DNA of 64,000 bases from SAR324 cluster bacterium (lineage in GTDB: Bacteria > SAR324 > NAC60-12): NCBI GenBank assembly GCA_015231885.1, contig JADGAT010000014.1:1349-65348 (forward strand), read 5' to 3'. The position numbers and the translations under genes were made by a program. Positions 15,998 through 26,067 of the stretch are shown here, piece by piece. Each line of letters starts with the position of its first letter. Positions within the stretch are counted from its first letter, which is position 1. A model generated the notes under the pieces. That model had not been told where the DNA came from. It worked only from the letters and a program-made list of their open reading frames with translations, and did not search any database.

Positions 15998-17896
15998 TTA
16001 CTTGGCAAACTGTCCAACTCCGTTTGCGCTCAATGCATCCTTAATTTCATCTAAAATTACGGGATCATCAATTGTTGCTGGTGTTGGCACATTATCTTCT
16101 GATGCTAAGCGGCGTATGGTTTTGCGGAGGATTTTTCCAGAACGGGTTTTTGGAAGGCGCTTGACCTTAAGTGCCTGGCGAAAGCAGGCAACGGCGCCAA
16201 TTTCAGCACGAATCAACTGAACCAATTCGGTTTCCAGTGCTTTGTCATCCATATCCATACCATCTTTGAGGATCACAAATCCCACAGGAACTTGACCTTT
16301 CAGCTCATCATCAATTCCAACAACGGCACATTCGGCAACAGACTCATGCCCTGCAATGATTTCTTCCATTTCTCCAGTAGACAGGCGATGTCCGGCAACA
16401 TTGATCACATCATCAATCCGTCCCATGATAAAAACATATCCGTCCTCATCAATATACCCGCTGTCTCCAGTGAGATAGTATCCCTTATAAGTAGACACAT
16501 AAGATTCCACATAGCGCTCATTATCCTGCCATAACGTGGGCAGACATCCTGGAGGCAACGGGAGCTTGATGACAATACTGCCTGACTCACCACGAGGGAC
16601 TTCATTACCTTCTTCATCCAAAATCTGCACATTAAATCCAGGAACTGGTACTGTGGCAGAACCACTTTTTACCAGACGAGGTTCGATTCCCATCAGGTTA
16701 GCAACAATTGCCCAGCCTGTTTCTGTTTGCCACCAGTGATCCACAATAGGAATATCGAGGATGTCGGCAAGCCAGTCATAGGTTGGAGGGTCCAGACGTT
16801 CCCCGGCCAGGTACAAGGTTCTGAGCATGTTGAGATCATACTTTGCTTTGAATTTAGCCTCTGGGTCTTCCTTTTTGATGGCACGAAATGCAGTAGGTGC
16901 TGTAAAGAAAGCACTGACTTTATGCTCCGACATCACCCTCCAAAAAGCTCCTGCATCTGGAGTTCGTACGGGTTTCCCCTCATACATAATAGTAGTGCAG
17001 CCATGAAGTAATGGGGCATATACAATATAAGAATGGCCGACTACCCAACCCACATCAGAGGCAGCCCAATAGACTTCGCCAGGATTGATGTTATAAATGT
17101 TTTTCATGCTGTATCGTAATGCCACGGCATGTCCTCCATTGTCCCGCAAAACCCCTTTTGGTTTACCAGTGGTTCCTGAAGTATAAAGAATGTACAGAGG
17201 ATCATTGGCATCAACAGGGACTGGATCAGCAGGAGAAGCAGACTTTGTGATCTCTTCCCAATCGTAGTCCCGTCCACTCTGCATTTCACAACTTTGCTGA
17301 GGACGTGCCAGGATTACCGTTTTTTCTGGTGGAGTGTTTGACAGTTCAAGGGCTTTATCGACCAATGGTTTATATGGGATGACTTTATCAAACTCGATAC
17401 CACAGGTAGCAGAAACCAATACTTTTGGTGTGGCATCATCAATACGAATGGCCAGCTCATTAGGCGCAAATCCTCCAAAAACAACAGAGTGCACTGCACC
17501 CAGTCGAGCACATGCCAGCATTGCAATTGCCGCCTCGGGTACCATCGGCATATAAACAATCACGCGATCGCCTTTTTCAACACCCAGCCCCCTCAAGGCT
17601 CCCGCAAACGAGGCCACTTCATCGCGAAGCTGAGAGAAAGTGTATTTTTTTTGGCTCCCTGTCGCAGGAGAATCATAAATCAAGGCTGTCTGATCACCTC
17701 GACCGGTTTTTACATGATAATCCAGGGCAAGATAGGAAGTATTCAATTTTCCCCCTTTATACCACCAGTACAAACCTTGTTCATCTTGTGAAACGACTTC
17801 CTTTGGTTCTTCAAACCAGTCGATTAACTTTGCTTGTTCTCCCCAAAACTTTTCCGGATGTTCTATAGATAACTTATGTAGTTCAGCATATCTCAT
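15998..17896 (-). CDS. prpE: Propionyl-CoA synthetase (acetate/propionate-CoA ligase)
   Basis: YILYTSGTTGKPKG, WAASDVGWVVGHSY, DHWWQTETG, GRIDDVINVAGHRLSTGEME, LPKTRSGKILR. Confidence 0.9.
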   Translation of the reverse strand: MRYAELHKLSIEHPEKFWGEQAKLIDWFEEPKEVVSQDEQGLYWWYKGGKLNTSYLALDYHVKTGRGDQTALIYDSPATGSQKKYTFSQLRDEVASFAGALRGLGVEKGDRVIVYMPMVPEAAIAMLACARLGAVHSVVFGGFAPNELAIRIDDATPKVLVSATCGIEFDKVIPYKPLVDKALELSNTPPEKTVILARPQQSCEMQSGRDYDWEEITKSASPADPVPVDANDPLYILYTSGTTGKPKGVLRDNGGHAVALRYSMKNIYNINPGEVYWAASDVGWVVGHSYIVYAPLLHGCTTIMYEGKPVRTPDAGAFWRVMSEHKVSAFFTAPTAFRAIKKEDPEAKFKAKYDLNMLRTLYLAGERLDPPTYDWLADILDIPIVDHWWQTETGWAIVANLMGIEPRLVKSGSATVPVPGFNVQILDEEGNEVPRGESGSIVIKLPLPPGCLPTLWQDNERYVESYVSTYKGYYLTGDSGYIDEDGYVFIMGRIDDVINVAGHRLSTGEMEEIIAGHESVAECAVVGIDDELKGQVPVGFVILKDGMDMDDKALETELVQLIRAEIGAVACFRQALKVKRLPKTRSGKILRKTIRRLASEDNVPTPATIDDPVILDEIKDALSANGVGQFAK

Positions 17897-17991
17897 TTTA
17901 TTCTCCTAACAATAAAAATTGATTGTATGATCAACAATCATAAAATTATTTTTGTTTCAAACTAGACATGATAACCTTGGCTTAATCACTA

Positions 17992-18149
17992 ATATGCGAA
18001 TCCAGAGTTAAAATTTATTTTATAAAAACAAGCTTTACAAAAATTGATTTGTCATGCCGGACTTGATCCGGCATCCAGAAAACTATGGGAAGTCTTTTGG
18101 ATTTCGGGTCGAGCACGGAATGACATCTTTTTCAACTCCGGATTCATAT
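17992..18149. mobile_element. MITE-like element: outer imperfect terminal inverted repeats enclosing a REP-type palindrome
   Basis: Outer ATATGCGAATCCAGAGTT (17992-18009) versus AACTCCGGATTCATAT (18134-18149), with the inner element at 18050-18125. Confidence 0.5.
18050..18125. repeat. REP/RPE-like palindromic repeat (CGTC/TGTC-tagged type)
   Basis: TGTCATGCCGG-ACTTGAT-CCGGCATCCA...TGGATTTCGGGTCGAGCACGGAATGACA; terminal TGTCAT/ATGACA inverted. Confidence 0.75.
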
Positions 18150-18243
18150 CCTAACATTAATGATTGAATCCAGGTTCAATCTAGAATAAACTGAAAAAAA
18201 GCAATAATGCCCACTTTCACCCCAAAGATCAAAGGAAATATTT

Positions 18244-19224
18244 ATGACAAATTCACTTTCATTAAAGGTACTGGTAATTGGTGGTGCCGGGTACATAGGG
18301 AGTCATGTTAACAGTGCGTTAATCAAGGCTGGTCATCAGCCCACAGTTTTTGATAATTTAAGCTCTGGTCTTCGAGAAAATTTATTCGAAAATATTCCTT
18401 TCATCCATGGGGATGTTCTTCTGTCCGAACATATCAACAAGGCTGTGATTGGAATGGATGCTATCATCCATCTGGCCGCATTGAAGGCTGCAGGAGAATC
18501 CATGCTCAAACCAGAGGTTTATATTCAAAACATAACAGGGGCCATCAATATTTTGAATGCCGCTGTTGCTGCAGGAGTCTCTCAATTCATATTTTCTTCA
18601 ACAGCAGCCGTTTATGGAGATCCTCAATATCTGCCAATAGACGAGGAACATCCAACCGATCCTGTTAATTTCTACGGTTTTACCAAACTGGAAATCGAAA
18701 GACTGCTGGCATGGTATGATCAACTCAAAGGAATAAAATATGTAAATTTACGTTATTTCAATGCTGCAGGGTACGATATGGAGGGAAACATCAAAGGACT
18801 TGAGCAAAATCCTCAAAATTTATTTCCTCTTATTATGGAAGCTGTGATGGGCAAAAGAACACAAGTTGACGTGTATGGAAATGATTATGATACTGCCGAT
18901 GGCACCGGTATACGGGACTACATTCATGTTACCGATCTTGCGGATGCGCATGTGTCCGCGCTCAATTATTTAATAGAAAATCAACAAAGCAATATTTTTA
19001 ATTTAGGCTCGTCTTCTGGTACAAGCGTGTTGGAAGCTCTGGAGACAACAAAGAAAATGACAGGAGCCCGTTTCAAAGTAAATATGGTACCTAGAAGACC
19101 AGGAGATCCGCCTGTCGTTTTGGCCAATCCTCAAAAAGCGAATCAGATTCTCAATTGGAAGGCCAAATACAGCAATGCCGAAGACATTGTCAGAACCATG
19201 CTTGATGCCTACAGAAACCAGTAA
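18244..19224 (+). CDS. galE: UDP-glucose 4-epimerase
   Basis: GGAGYIGSH, FSSTAAVYG, YGFTK, LRYFNAAG, RDYIHVTDLADAH. Confidence 0.93.
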   Translation: MTNSLSLKVLVIGGAGYIGSHVNSALIKAGHQPTVFDNLSSGLRENLFENIPFIHGDVLLSEHINKAVIGMDAIIHLAALKAAGESMLKPEVYIQNITGAINILNAAVAAGVSQFIFSSTAAVYGDPQYLPIDEEHPTDPVNFYGFTKLEIERLLAWYDQLKGIKYVNLRYFNAAGYDMEGNIKGLEQNPQNLFPLIMEAVMGKRTQVDVYGNDYDTADGTGIRDYIHVTDLADAHVSALNYLIENQQSNIFNLGSSSGTSVLEALETTKKMTGARFKVNMVPRRPGDPPVVLANPQKANQILNWKAKYSNAEDIVRTMLDAYRNQ

Positions 19225-19247
19225 GTTGATAGGACTGAAATCATAAT

Positions 19248-19889
19248 CTAGACAGAAATAATCATTCCTATAAATCCCTGGCTAAGACGACTGATCCAGG
19301 AAAAAGGACTCCAGCTCGGTAAAAAAATGCTGAGCAGCAGCATTCCCATGATAGCATGAGTGCCATACTGCATATTCCACATCTGGTATTTGCGCCTGAT
19401 ATCAACGGGAAGAAAATGTGGCAGCACATAGCTTCCGTCGAGAGGTCCCAGGGGAATCAAATTAAACAGACACAAGCTCATATTGATCAGCATGAATAAG
19501 TACAAGAGTTGAAATGCTGTCTGACTCAATCCTCCTGCACTTGATAAAAGATGAAGAAAGATTCCTCCAATCAATGCCAGTAGCAGATTCATACCAGGGC
19601 CAGCAGCAGAAACATATAAATCCGCATTTTTGTATCGAAAATTTCTGGGGTCGACAGGAACTGGCTTAGCATAGCCAATCCCCACAAATAATAGCATCAA
19701 ACTCCCAAAGATATCCAAATGGACAAATGGATTGATACTCATCCGGCCATGCATTTGTGCCGTTCGATCTCCACATAAATAAGCTGCATAGGCATGACCA
19801 AATTCATGCAGCGTCAATGCAAACATCAATGAAACAATCAGGAGAATTCCCAACTGAAGATTTTGCTGCAATATATTGATTAAAGACAT
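19248..19889 (-). CDS. Site-2 protease family (M50) membrane peptidase
   Basis: LHEFGHA (HExxH), AKPVPVDP, SAAGPGMN, FNLIPLGPLDG. Confidence 0.9.
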   Translation of the reverse strand: MSLINILQQNLQLGILLIVSLMFALTLHEFGHAYAAYLCGDRTAQMHGRMSINPFVHLDIFGSLMLLFVGIGYAKPVPVDPRNFRYKNADLYVSAAGPGMNLLLALIGGIFLHLLSSAGGLSQTAFQLLYLFMLINMSLCLFNLIPLGPLDGSYVLPHFLPVDIRRKYQMWNMQYGTHAIMGMLLLSIFLPSWSPFSWISRLSQGFIGMIISV

Positions 19890-19902
19890 ACTTTCCTATT
19901 GA

Positions 19903-21195
19903 TTAAGCCCATATTTGATCAGGATCAGAAACAATCGTTTCTTCTCGTTTTGGTCCTACGGAGATGATAGAGACAGGAGCACCCACCAGTTCGCTCATGC
20001 GATTTAAATAATCAATTAATGCCTTCGGCAAGTCATCATATTCTGTTATGTCCTTTGTGGGACATTGCCAACCAGAGTGTTCTTCATAAATAGGCGTCAT
20101 TCCTTCCTCATAAATAGGGGGAAGTTCAGTATGTGTTTTTCCATCTGCTGATTGGTACCCCACCGCCATTTTAATGGTTTCCAGTTTGTCCAAAACATCG
20201 AGCTTCGTAATAGCTAAAGATGTCAACCCGTTCAAACGAACGGCTTGCCTGACCAATACCGCGTCAAACCATCCACAACGACGAGGACGGCCTGTGGTTG
20301 CGCCAAATTCTGAACCTTCTTTACGTAAAAATCCTCCCATGTCATCAAGCAGTTCTGTAGGAAATGGACCACTGCCTACCCGGGTTGTATACGCTTTTAC
20401 AATGCCAATAACTTTATCAATTTTTGAGGGTCCTACTCCGCAACCGGCACAAACACCGCCAGCCATCGTGTTAGAAGACGTCACAAAAGGATAGGTACCA
20501 TGGTCAACATCGAGGAATGTTCCTTGTGCTCCTTCAAACAACACATTCTGGTTGTTGTCGATCGCCTGGTTGATCAGAAGTGAAGAATCACACAAAAAGG
20601 ACTTAAACTGCTCATAATAGCCTCGGTATTCTTCCACAATCTGGTCAACCGAAAACTGAACTGGTGATTGAAAAAAATACTTCATAAGACAATTTTTTTC
20701 AGGGATGAGAGTTTCCAAACGATTCCTGAGATGAGCGGGATTCTTTAGATCGGTAAAACGAATTCCCGAGCGTGCCACTTTGTCTGTGTAGGCGGGGCCA
20801 ATCCCTCGACCTGTCGTTCCGATTTTATTGTCTCCCTGGGCTTGTTCACGCAGTTTGTCAAAAACTCGATGATATGGCATGATCAAGTGTGCGGTCTCAC
20901 TGATTTTTAAATATTTTTCCACAGAAATATCCACTGTTTGTAAGCCTTCAAACTCCTGTAATAATGCTTCAGGATCGACCACCGTGCCATTGCCGATCAC
21001 CGACATTTTATTTCTTAAAATTCCAGAAGGGATCAGGTGTAAAATAAATGATTGATCCTCAAATTTAACAGTATGCCCAGCATTATTCCCTCCTTGGTAA
21101 CGTGCCACTAAATCCGCACCCTCTGTTAGAAAATCAACCAGTTTGCCTTTTCCTTCATCTCCCCATTGGGTGCCAACTATCACGACACAAGTCAT
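19903..21195 (-). CDS. purA: Adenylosuccinate synthetase
   Basis: GTQWGDEGKGK, GGNNAGHT, EGAQG, GATTGRPRRCGWFD; ATG at 21195. Confidence 0.97.
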   Translation of the reverse strand: MTCVVIVGTQWGDEGKGKLVDFLTEGADLVARYQGGNNAGHTVKFEDQSFILHLIPSGILRNKMSVIGNGTVVDPEALLQEFEGLQTVDISVEKYLKISETAHLIMPYHRVFDKLREQAQGDNKIGTTGRGIGPAYTDKVARSGIRFTDLKNPAHLRNRLETLIPEKNCLMKYFFQSPVQFSVDQIVEEYRGYYEQFKSFLCDSSLLINQAIDNNQNVLFEGAQGTFLDVDHGTYPFVTSSNTMAGGVCAGCGVGPSKIDKVIGIVKAYTTRVGSGPFPTELLDDMGGFLRKEGSEFGATTGRPRRCGWFDAVLVRQAVRLNGLTSLAITKLDVLDKLETIKMAVGYQSADGKTHTELPPIYEEGMTPIYEEHSGWQCPTKDITEYDDLPKALIDYLNRMSELVGAPVSIISVGPKREETIVSDPDQIWA

Positions 21196-21219
21196 ACGTT
21201 TCCTATCCAAGTTTAAATG

Positions 21220-22026
21220 TTATGAGTTCTGGGCCAGTTCCTTTGCTCTTTGATAAGCAGATTGGAGACCTTGTTGAAAGTTTGAATCTATTTTATTTTC
21301 TGTAAACGTCTGGAGTGCCGATTCTGTTGTCCCGCCAGGAGATGTAACCTGTTGCCTCAATTCACCAGCAGAAATCTCCTGTTTTTCCCAAAGTAATACG
21401 GCTCCTTTTATAGTTTGCTGCACCAGAAGCGTTGCCTCGTCCTCTGAGAAACCGAGTTGCCTGGCACTGGCCACCATTTGTTCTGCAATATAGAAAATAT
21501 AGGCAGGTCCACTCCCCGAAATGGCAGTTGCCGCATCAATAGCATCTTCATTTTTAACTGCCAAGGCCTGCCCAGTCGCTTTTAAAATTTTCTTAGTGAA
21601 TTCGAGTTGTTCCTGATTCACAGTAGGAGTGGCAAAATAGACACTCATTCCCTCTCCAATTTGTGAGGGCGTATTTGGCATCACACGAACAATGGCTTCA
21701 TGATTTAGTGTTTGAACCATTTGTCGGGTCGAAATCCCCGCCATGATAGAAATTACCAGTTGATGAGACGCAAGAAAGGATGCTAGTTCCTCCATCACCG
21801 AGGATGACATCTGGGGTTTCACGGCCACGATGACTCCGGTGAACTGCGAAATTTCTGCCCCGATTTTTTCAAGCACACGACAACCAATAGTGTCTACGAG
21901 TTGTTCGCATTTTGCGGAAACCGTCTCTACCACTAATATGTCCGACTGCAAAAAGGTCTGAGTATGAAGCAGGGAATGAGCAATGGCTCTTCCCATGTTG
22001 CCTCCACCAATAATCGCAACACCCAT
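21220..22026 (-). CDS. proC: Pyrroline-5-carboxylate reductase
   Basis: IIGGGNMG, AVKPQ, VRVMPNTP, SGSGPAY, VTSPGGTT; ATG 22026 is the likely start. Confidence 0.95.
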   Translation of the reverse strand: MGVAIIGGGNMGRAIAHSLLHTQTFLQSDILVVETVSAKCEQLVDTIGCRVLEKIGAEISQFTGVIVAVKPQMSSSVMEELASFLASHQLVISIMAGISTRQMVQTLNHEAIVRVMPNTPSQIGEGMSVYFATPTVNQEQLEFTKKILKATGQALAVKNEDAIDAATAISGSGPAYIFYIAEQMVASARQLGFSEDEATLLVQQTIKGAVLLWEKQEISAGELRQQVTSPGGTTESALQTFTENKIDSNFQQGLQSAYQRAKELAQNS

Positions 22027-22310
22027 TCCAAACTCCACAAAAATGATCAACAGTTATTCAAAAAAATCCGTACCATGCTTTTCTCTCTTGACAACTTTAA
22101 AGAGAAAAAGAAACAATAGATGGCTGTATTTGATGAAATACGGAGGATTGATAGCTGAGAAAGTTATTACAGAATAAAAGAGTAAGATACAAACTATCCA
22201 AATATCTAGAAGACAAATGTGTTGTTCAACAAGCCAAAAGAACAAGGCAACAAACCGCCACATGATAAGGATAGTTTACAGAAAAATCAACTCGAAAGCC
22301 CCTGAACGCA

Positions 22311-23099
22311 ATGAACCAAATTATAGTTCCTGATCCTGAGCATTATCTTTATATTGTTTCAGATTCTCATCTAGACCACAATACGGCTTCTTACCAAGAG
22401 TTCATTGCCATGCTTTCTCAATTGCATCGCCCACAAATAGTGATATGCCTAGGAGACTTATTTAAAGTTTGGCTGGCATTGCCAAAGTTTTGGGCGGCTA
22501 TGCATCAGGATGTCATGCAGGCTTTTGCACTCCTCATCGCAGAACAACATGTCGAGGTCATCTTTGTTGCAGGTAACCGGGAAGTTCTTCTTCCAAGGAA
22601 GTGGAATGCACACTGGAAGGCTGTATATCCGTTCACTTATCTAATCCGGGACTATTGCTCGCTGAACTGGGGAGATCGGAAATATGGTTTCACACATGGG
22701 GACATTATCAACTGGCGGGATTTGAAATATTTACGCTGGCGTAAATTTGCCCGTAGTTATGCGTTTGAATGGTTTTTTCGTGCCATACCTACCTCTTTGG
22801 CGAGGCGAATGGCTCTGCGTTTGGAAGCAACGCTTGCAGAAACTAATCAGGCATATAAAATTCAACTGCCTGAAAAAGAGATTGAAGATTTTGCTAAAGT
22901 GGTTTTGCAGGACCTGGATCATTATTTTGTCGGACATTTTCATCAGGACAAAGAGTATCAGTTTCCCAATCTTTCTGGAAAACTAAGGATTGTACCTGAT
23001 TGGTTATCCAAAAGAGCCGTCCTGCAAATCGCTCCGGATGGAACGATCAATACCCTTTATTTTAAACATGGTTCATTTCAGCAAAGCAGTCATGATTAA
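22311..23099 (+). CDS. lpxH: UDP-2,3-diacylglucosamine hydrolase-like metallophosphoesterase
   Basis: SDSHL, LGDLF, GNRE, HGD, GHFH calcineurin-like motifs. Confidence 0.75.
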   Translation: MNQIIVPDPEHYLYIVSDSHLDHNTASYQEFIAMLSQLHRPQIVICLGDLFKVWLALPKFWAAMHQDVMQAFALLIAEQHVEVIFVAGNREVLLPRKWNAHWKAVYPFTYLIRDYCSLNWGDRKYGFTHGDIINWRDLKYLRWRKFARSYAFEWFFRAIPTSLARRMALRLEATLAETNQAYKIQLPEKEIEDFAKVVLQDLDHYFVGHFHQDKEYQFPNLSGKLRIVPDWLSKRAVLQIAPDGTINTLYFKHGSFQQSSHD

Positions 23100-23177
23100 A
23101 TTCTGCTGGCTCTTTACAGGTATTACCGACTATTTTTCTGAAGTGTTTGGGAGACCATGAGGTAGGATTTTTCCTTC

Positions 23178-24155
23178 TCAAGAAGTTTGCCAGCGTTTTG
23201 CGGTATCTCGGATTACTTCCAATTGTGCTAATAGCATTTCCTGTTTTTCTGGCTGGATTTGTGTCCAATATTTCTTTATTTCTTCTTGCAATGCTTGCAG
23301 TTTGTGAACTTGAAGTGGGGAGGAAGCGTTCAATTCGGTAACGACTGGCTGGAACCGGTGGATATTTTCATTATGAACCAGCAGTCTCAGTTCATTATAA
23401 TTCCAGTGGAATAAAGAAGCGATACGCTTAAGCATTTCGGGATCAGGAATAATTTTTCCTGCTTCTATCTCCAGATAATAGTCTTCGCTGATATCTAATA
23501 AAAGGGAGATTCCATCAGGATTTTGCCCAAAATCCATGCGTGCTTTATAAAGGCGTGAAGCCAATGTCTCTTTTTTTCCTTCACCTGCTGGCAGAAAAGC
23601 TCTATCTTTTTTGGGTAGTTTTGCCTGAACTTCTTTCAATGAGAGCGGTGGTGAAACAGCAACCATTCTTGGAGTCGAACGGTTGATCACTTGCCTTCGA
23701 ACTTCTCGGTAATTCCAGCTGAACAATGAACAAATATTACGAAGAAGATCATCAGAAGGAACCTTATCCTGTTCAAAGGACTCATAATAATCTGGAGCAA
23801 TGTTCAAAAGCATCGCAATTCCTTCAGGACTTTGCCCGACTTTTTGACGAGCATCTCGCAGCATGCTGTGAAAATCAAATGCAGCAACGGGTTTTGGAGA
23901 AGATGGTTTGTGGGGTTCTACTGCAGGTTGCTCCTTTTTACTAAATGCAGGAGAATTACGGGCGATACGCTTAATATCATTGTAATTCCATTCAAATAAG
24001 GTACAAATTTCTTTCAATGCTTCATCTGGTGGAATCCAGTCTTTTTCTAAAGATTCATATTCTTCTATAGTCAGCTGGAGCATCATCGCCAATGCTTCTA
24101 CACTTTGATTGATAGAAAGACGAAAGTCCTGAATCATTTCATTCAATTTCGCCAT
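23178..24155 (-). CDS. Protein with three tandem XRE-type helix-turn-helix domains
   Basis: Three ~60-aa repeats, each ending ICxLFxWNY / IASLFHWNY. Confidence 0.8.
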   Translation of the reverse strand: MAKLNEMIQDFRLSINQSVEALAMMLQLTIEEYESLEKDWIPPDEALKEICTLFEWNYNDIKRIARNSPAFSKKEQPAVEPHKPSSPKPVAAFDFHSMLRDARQKVGQSPEGIAMLLNIAPDYYESFEQDKVPSDDLLRNICSLFSWNYREVRRQVINRSTPRMVAVSPPLSLKEVQAKLPKKDRAFLPAGEGKKETLASRLYKARMDFGQNPDGISLLLDISEDYYLEIEAGKIIPDPEMLKRIASLFHWNYNELRLLVHNENIHRFQPVVTELNASSPLQVHKLQALQEEIKKYWTQIQPEKQEMLLAQLEVIRDTAKRWQTS

Positions 24156-24252
24156 GATCCTCCAAAATTATAAGTTACTTTTTGAGATGCGCTTGGTATA
24201 ACTCTTGATTTACTCAACGAATCAGTTGTAGATTTTTGTATATAAGGAAGAA

Positions 24253-25392
24253 ATGGATAAAGTAAAGCATATTTTATTCCTCTTTGCCACGATTCTATTG
24301 TTGTGGGGAAACGAAAAATTTGCAGAGGCTGCCGAAGAAAACTCAGGATTGGGCCCTTTAGAAATCAGAGACCAATTCCCCGTGACTCTTCCGTATTTGT
24401 CCATGTCTCCTGAAAATACAAGTACCATTGAGGATAACGTATTCTTTTTTTCCTATCAACTGGCTGTTGCCAATACATTTCTTAATAGTGCAGGACGAAA
24501 TAAGCAAATCACAAAAGACGAGATCAGTCGTGGTCTAGTGGAAGCCGATTTTTTCAGCAGCAAAACGGGTAAACCTGTTCCAGGATATCATACCTACATT
24601 GATGTGGAAAGCTACCGCCATGTGTTTCGCATCAAATATGGTTTATTTGATGTGATGGAATTTGGATTGGAACTCCCTTATGTTACATTTGCAGGAGGGT
24701 CGCTGGATATTGGTTCCGAATTCGTTCACAGCTTGGTTGGTATTGATAATAGCTCTGCTGCGGGAGCCTATCGGTCACAATCTGAACGAAACCGTTATGA
24801 TTACTATATTCAGCAAGATGACCAGTTCTTGATCAATACGGACAGCCAGTTTGAAAATATTCCAGGAGATCCGATATTGAAATTCAAATGGAATTTTTGG
24901 GAAGGAAATTCTATTTTTCCGGCAATTACTCTCAAACTTGTCTATAAACTGGCTACAGCAAATCGTTCCACAGAACAAAAATTAATCAGCAGTGGGCATT
25001 CCGATTTTGGAAGTTATTTGATATTTTCCAAAACGTATGGGGACTGGGTTGTTTATTTAGGATGGGGTCATTCTGATTTTGGTAAATCTGAAAATTTTTC
25101 TTCTGAACTGTCTCATCGCTTTGTGGCATTAGAATATCGTCTGGATTCTGATCTTTCAATCGTGTTGCAGACCATGAGCCAAAGCAGTATTTTCCCAACA
25201 TCGGGCAGTCTTTTTGGCACACAGCAAGAAGTGGGTAGTGCCTTTTTATCTAATTTAACCGATGTGGCTGTTATTGGGTATAAGCAATGGCTCGGAGCTT
25301 TATTTATTGAAGCCGGCTTTATCGAAGATTATAATCAAACCGGCAATCAAACAGATATTGTTCTATTTTTCGAATTGGGACAAAAATGGTAA
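24253..25392 (+). CDS. Outer-membrane protein, DUF3187-like
   Basis: Signal peptide; GLGPLEIRDQFP start; alternating beta-strand pattern; aromatic C-terminus. Confidence 0.65.
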   Translation: MDKVKHILFLFATILLLWGNEKFAEAAEENSGLGPLEIRDQFPVTLPYLSMSPENTSTIEDNVFFFSYQLAVANTFLNSAGRNKQITKDEISRGLVEADFFSSKTGKPVPGYHTYIDVESYRHVFRIKYGLFDVMEFGLELPYVTFAGGSLDIGSEFVHSLVGIDNSSAAGAYRSQSERNRYDYYIQQDDQFLINTDSQFENIPGDPILKFKWNFWEGNSIFPAITLKLVYKLATANRSTEQKLISSGHSDFGSYLIFSKTYGDWVVYLGWGHSDFGKSENFSSELSHRFVALEYRLDSDLSIVLQTMSQSSIFPTSGSLFGTQQEVGSAFLSNLTDVAVIGYKQWLGALFIEAGFIEDYNQTGNQTDIVLFFELGQKW

Positions 25393-26060
25393 GACATCCA
25401 TTCAAAATTGGTATCACGATACTGTTTGTCATTGTACTCCAGGGGTACGTGTCTCACGCAAATGCTTTGGGACAAGCCTTTTATTTTGTTTCAGGAAAAA
25501 TAGGCAGCCAGGAAACGGGGCAACCTGCGCCTTTGATTGGTAAAGCCGATCAATACCTAGATACAATAAAAGCCGATCATGGCAACCTGAAGGACGATCG
25601 TACAGTAACACCTATTGGGTTCGGATTTGATTTTTATCGGGTGGATGGTGCGTTAGCGACAGGTTTTGGCCTGGAACTCAACCGATACAGCAAAAGCTAT
25701 TCATTTGCTGATAGGTCCAGCGTACAATTAGATGTCCAAGGCGTATTATTCGCTTTTTCTACTTACTATCGAGGGGAATTTTTGTTTCCTTATCTTGCAT
25801 TGGGAACCGGAGGTTACAGTGTCAAAATTCGAGAGAAACTGGTTGCTACTTCTGATGAGATTTCTACAACCAACGCCTCTTTTATTGATGCGGCCCCTAG
25901 TGTATCCTATTATGAAATAGGAAGCCGTTTTCCATTTGGCGAATGGGGTCTATTGACAAGTTGGAGAGCAACATCTGCACAACTAAAAATCCAAACCATT
26001 GGAAAACGACTGGAACTCGGAGGACAAACTATTATTTTCGGGGTTTACTATAGCTATTGA
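25386..26060 (+). CDS. Putative outer-membrane beta-barrel protein
   Basis: Signal peptide, PYLALGTG, C-terminal GVYYSY; overlaps the upstream gene by 7 nt. Confidence 0.6.
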   Translation: MVRHPFKIGITILFVIVLQGYVSHANALGQAFYFVSGKIGSQETGQPAPLIGKADQYLDTIKADHGNLKDDRTVTPIGFGFDFYRVDGALATGFGLELNRYSKSYSFADRSSVQLDVQGVLFAFSTYYRGEFLFPYLALGTGGYSVKIREKLVATSDEISTTNASFIDAAPSVSYYEIGSRFPFGEWGLLTSWRATSAQLKIQTIGKRLELGGQTIIFGVYYSY

Positions 26061-26067
26061 TTCAACT

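Noticed and set aside
22054-22263. 69-aa hydrophobic ORF upstream of proC
   Set aside because: No SD, low-complexity AT-rich composition and no recognisable motif. It cannot be supported without homology or expression data.
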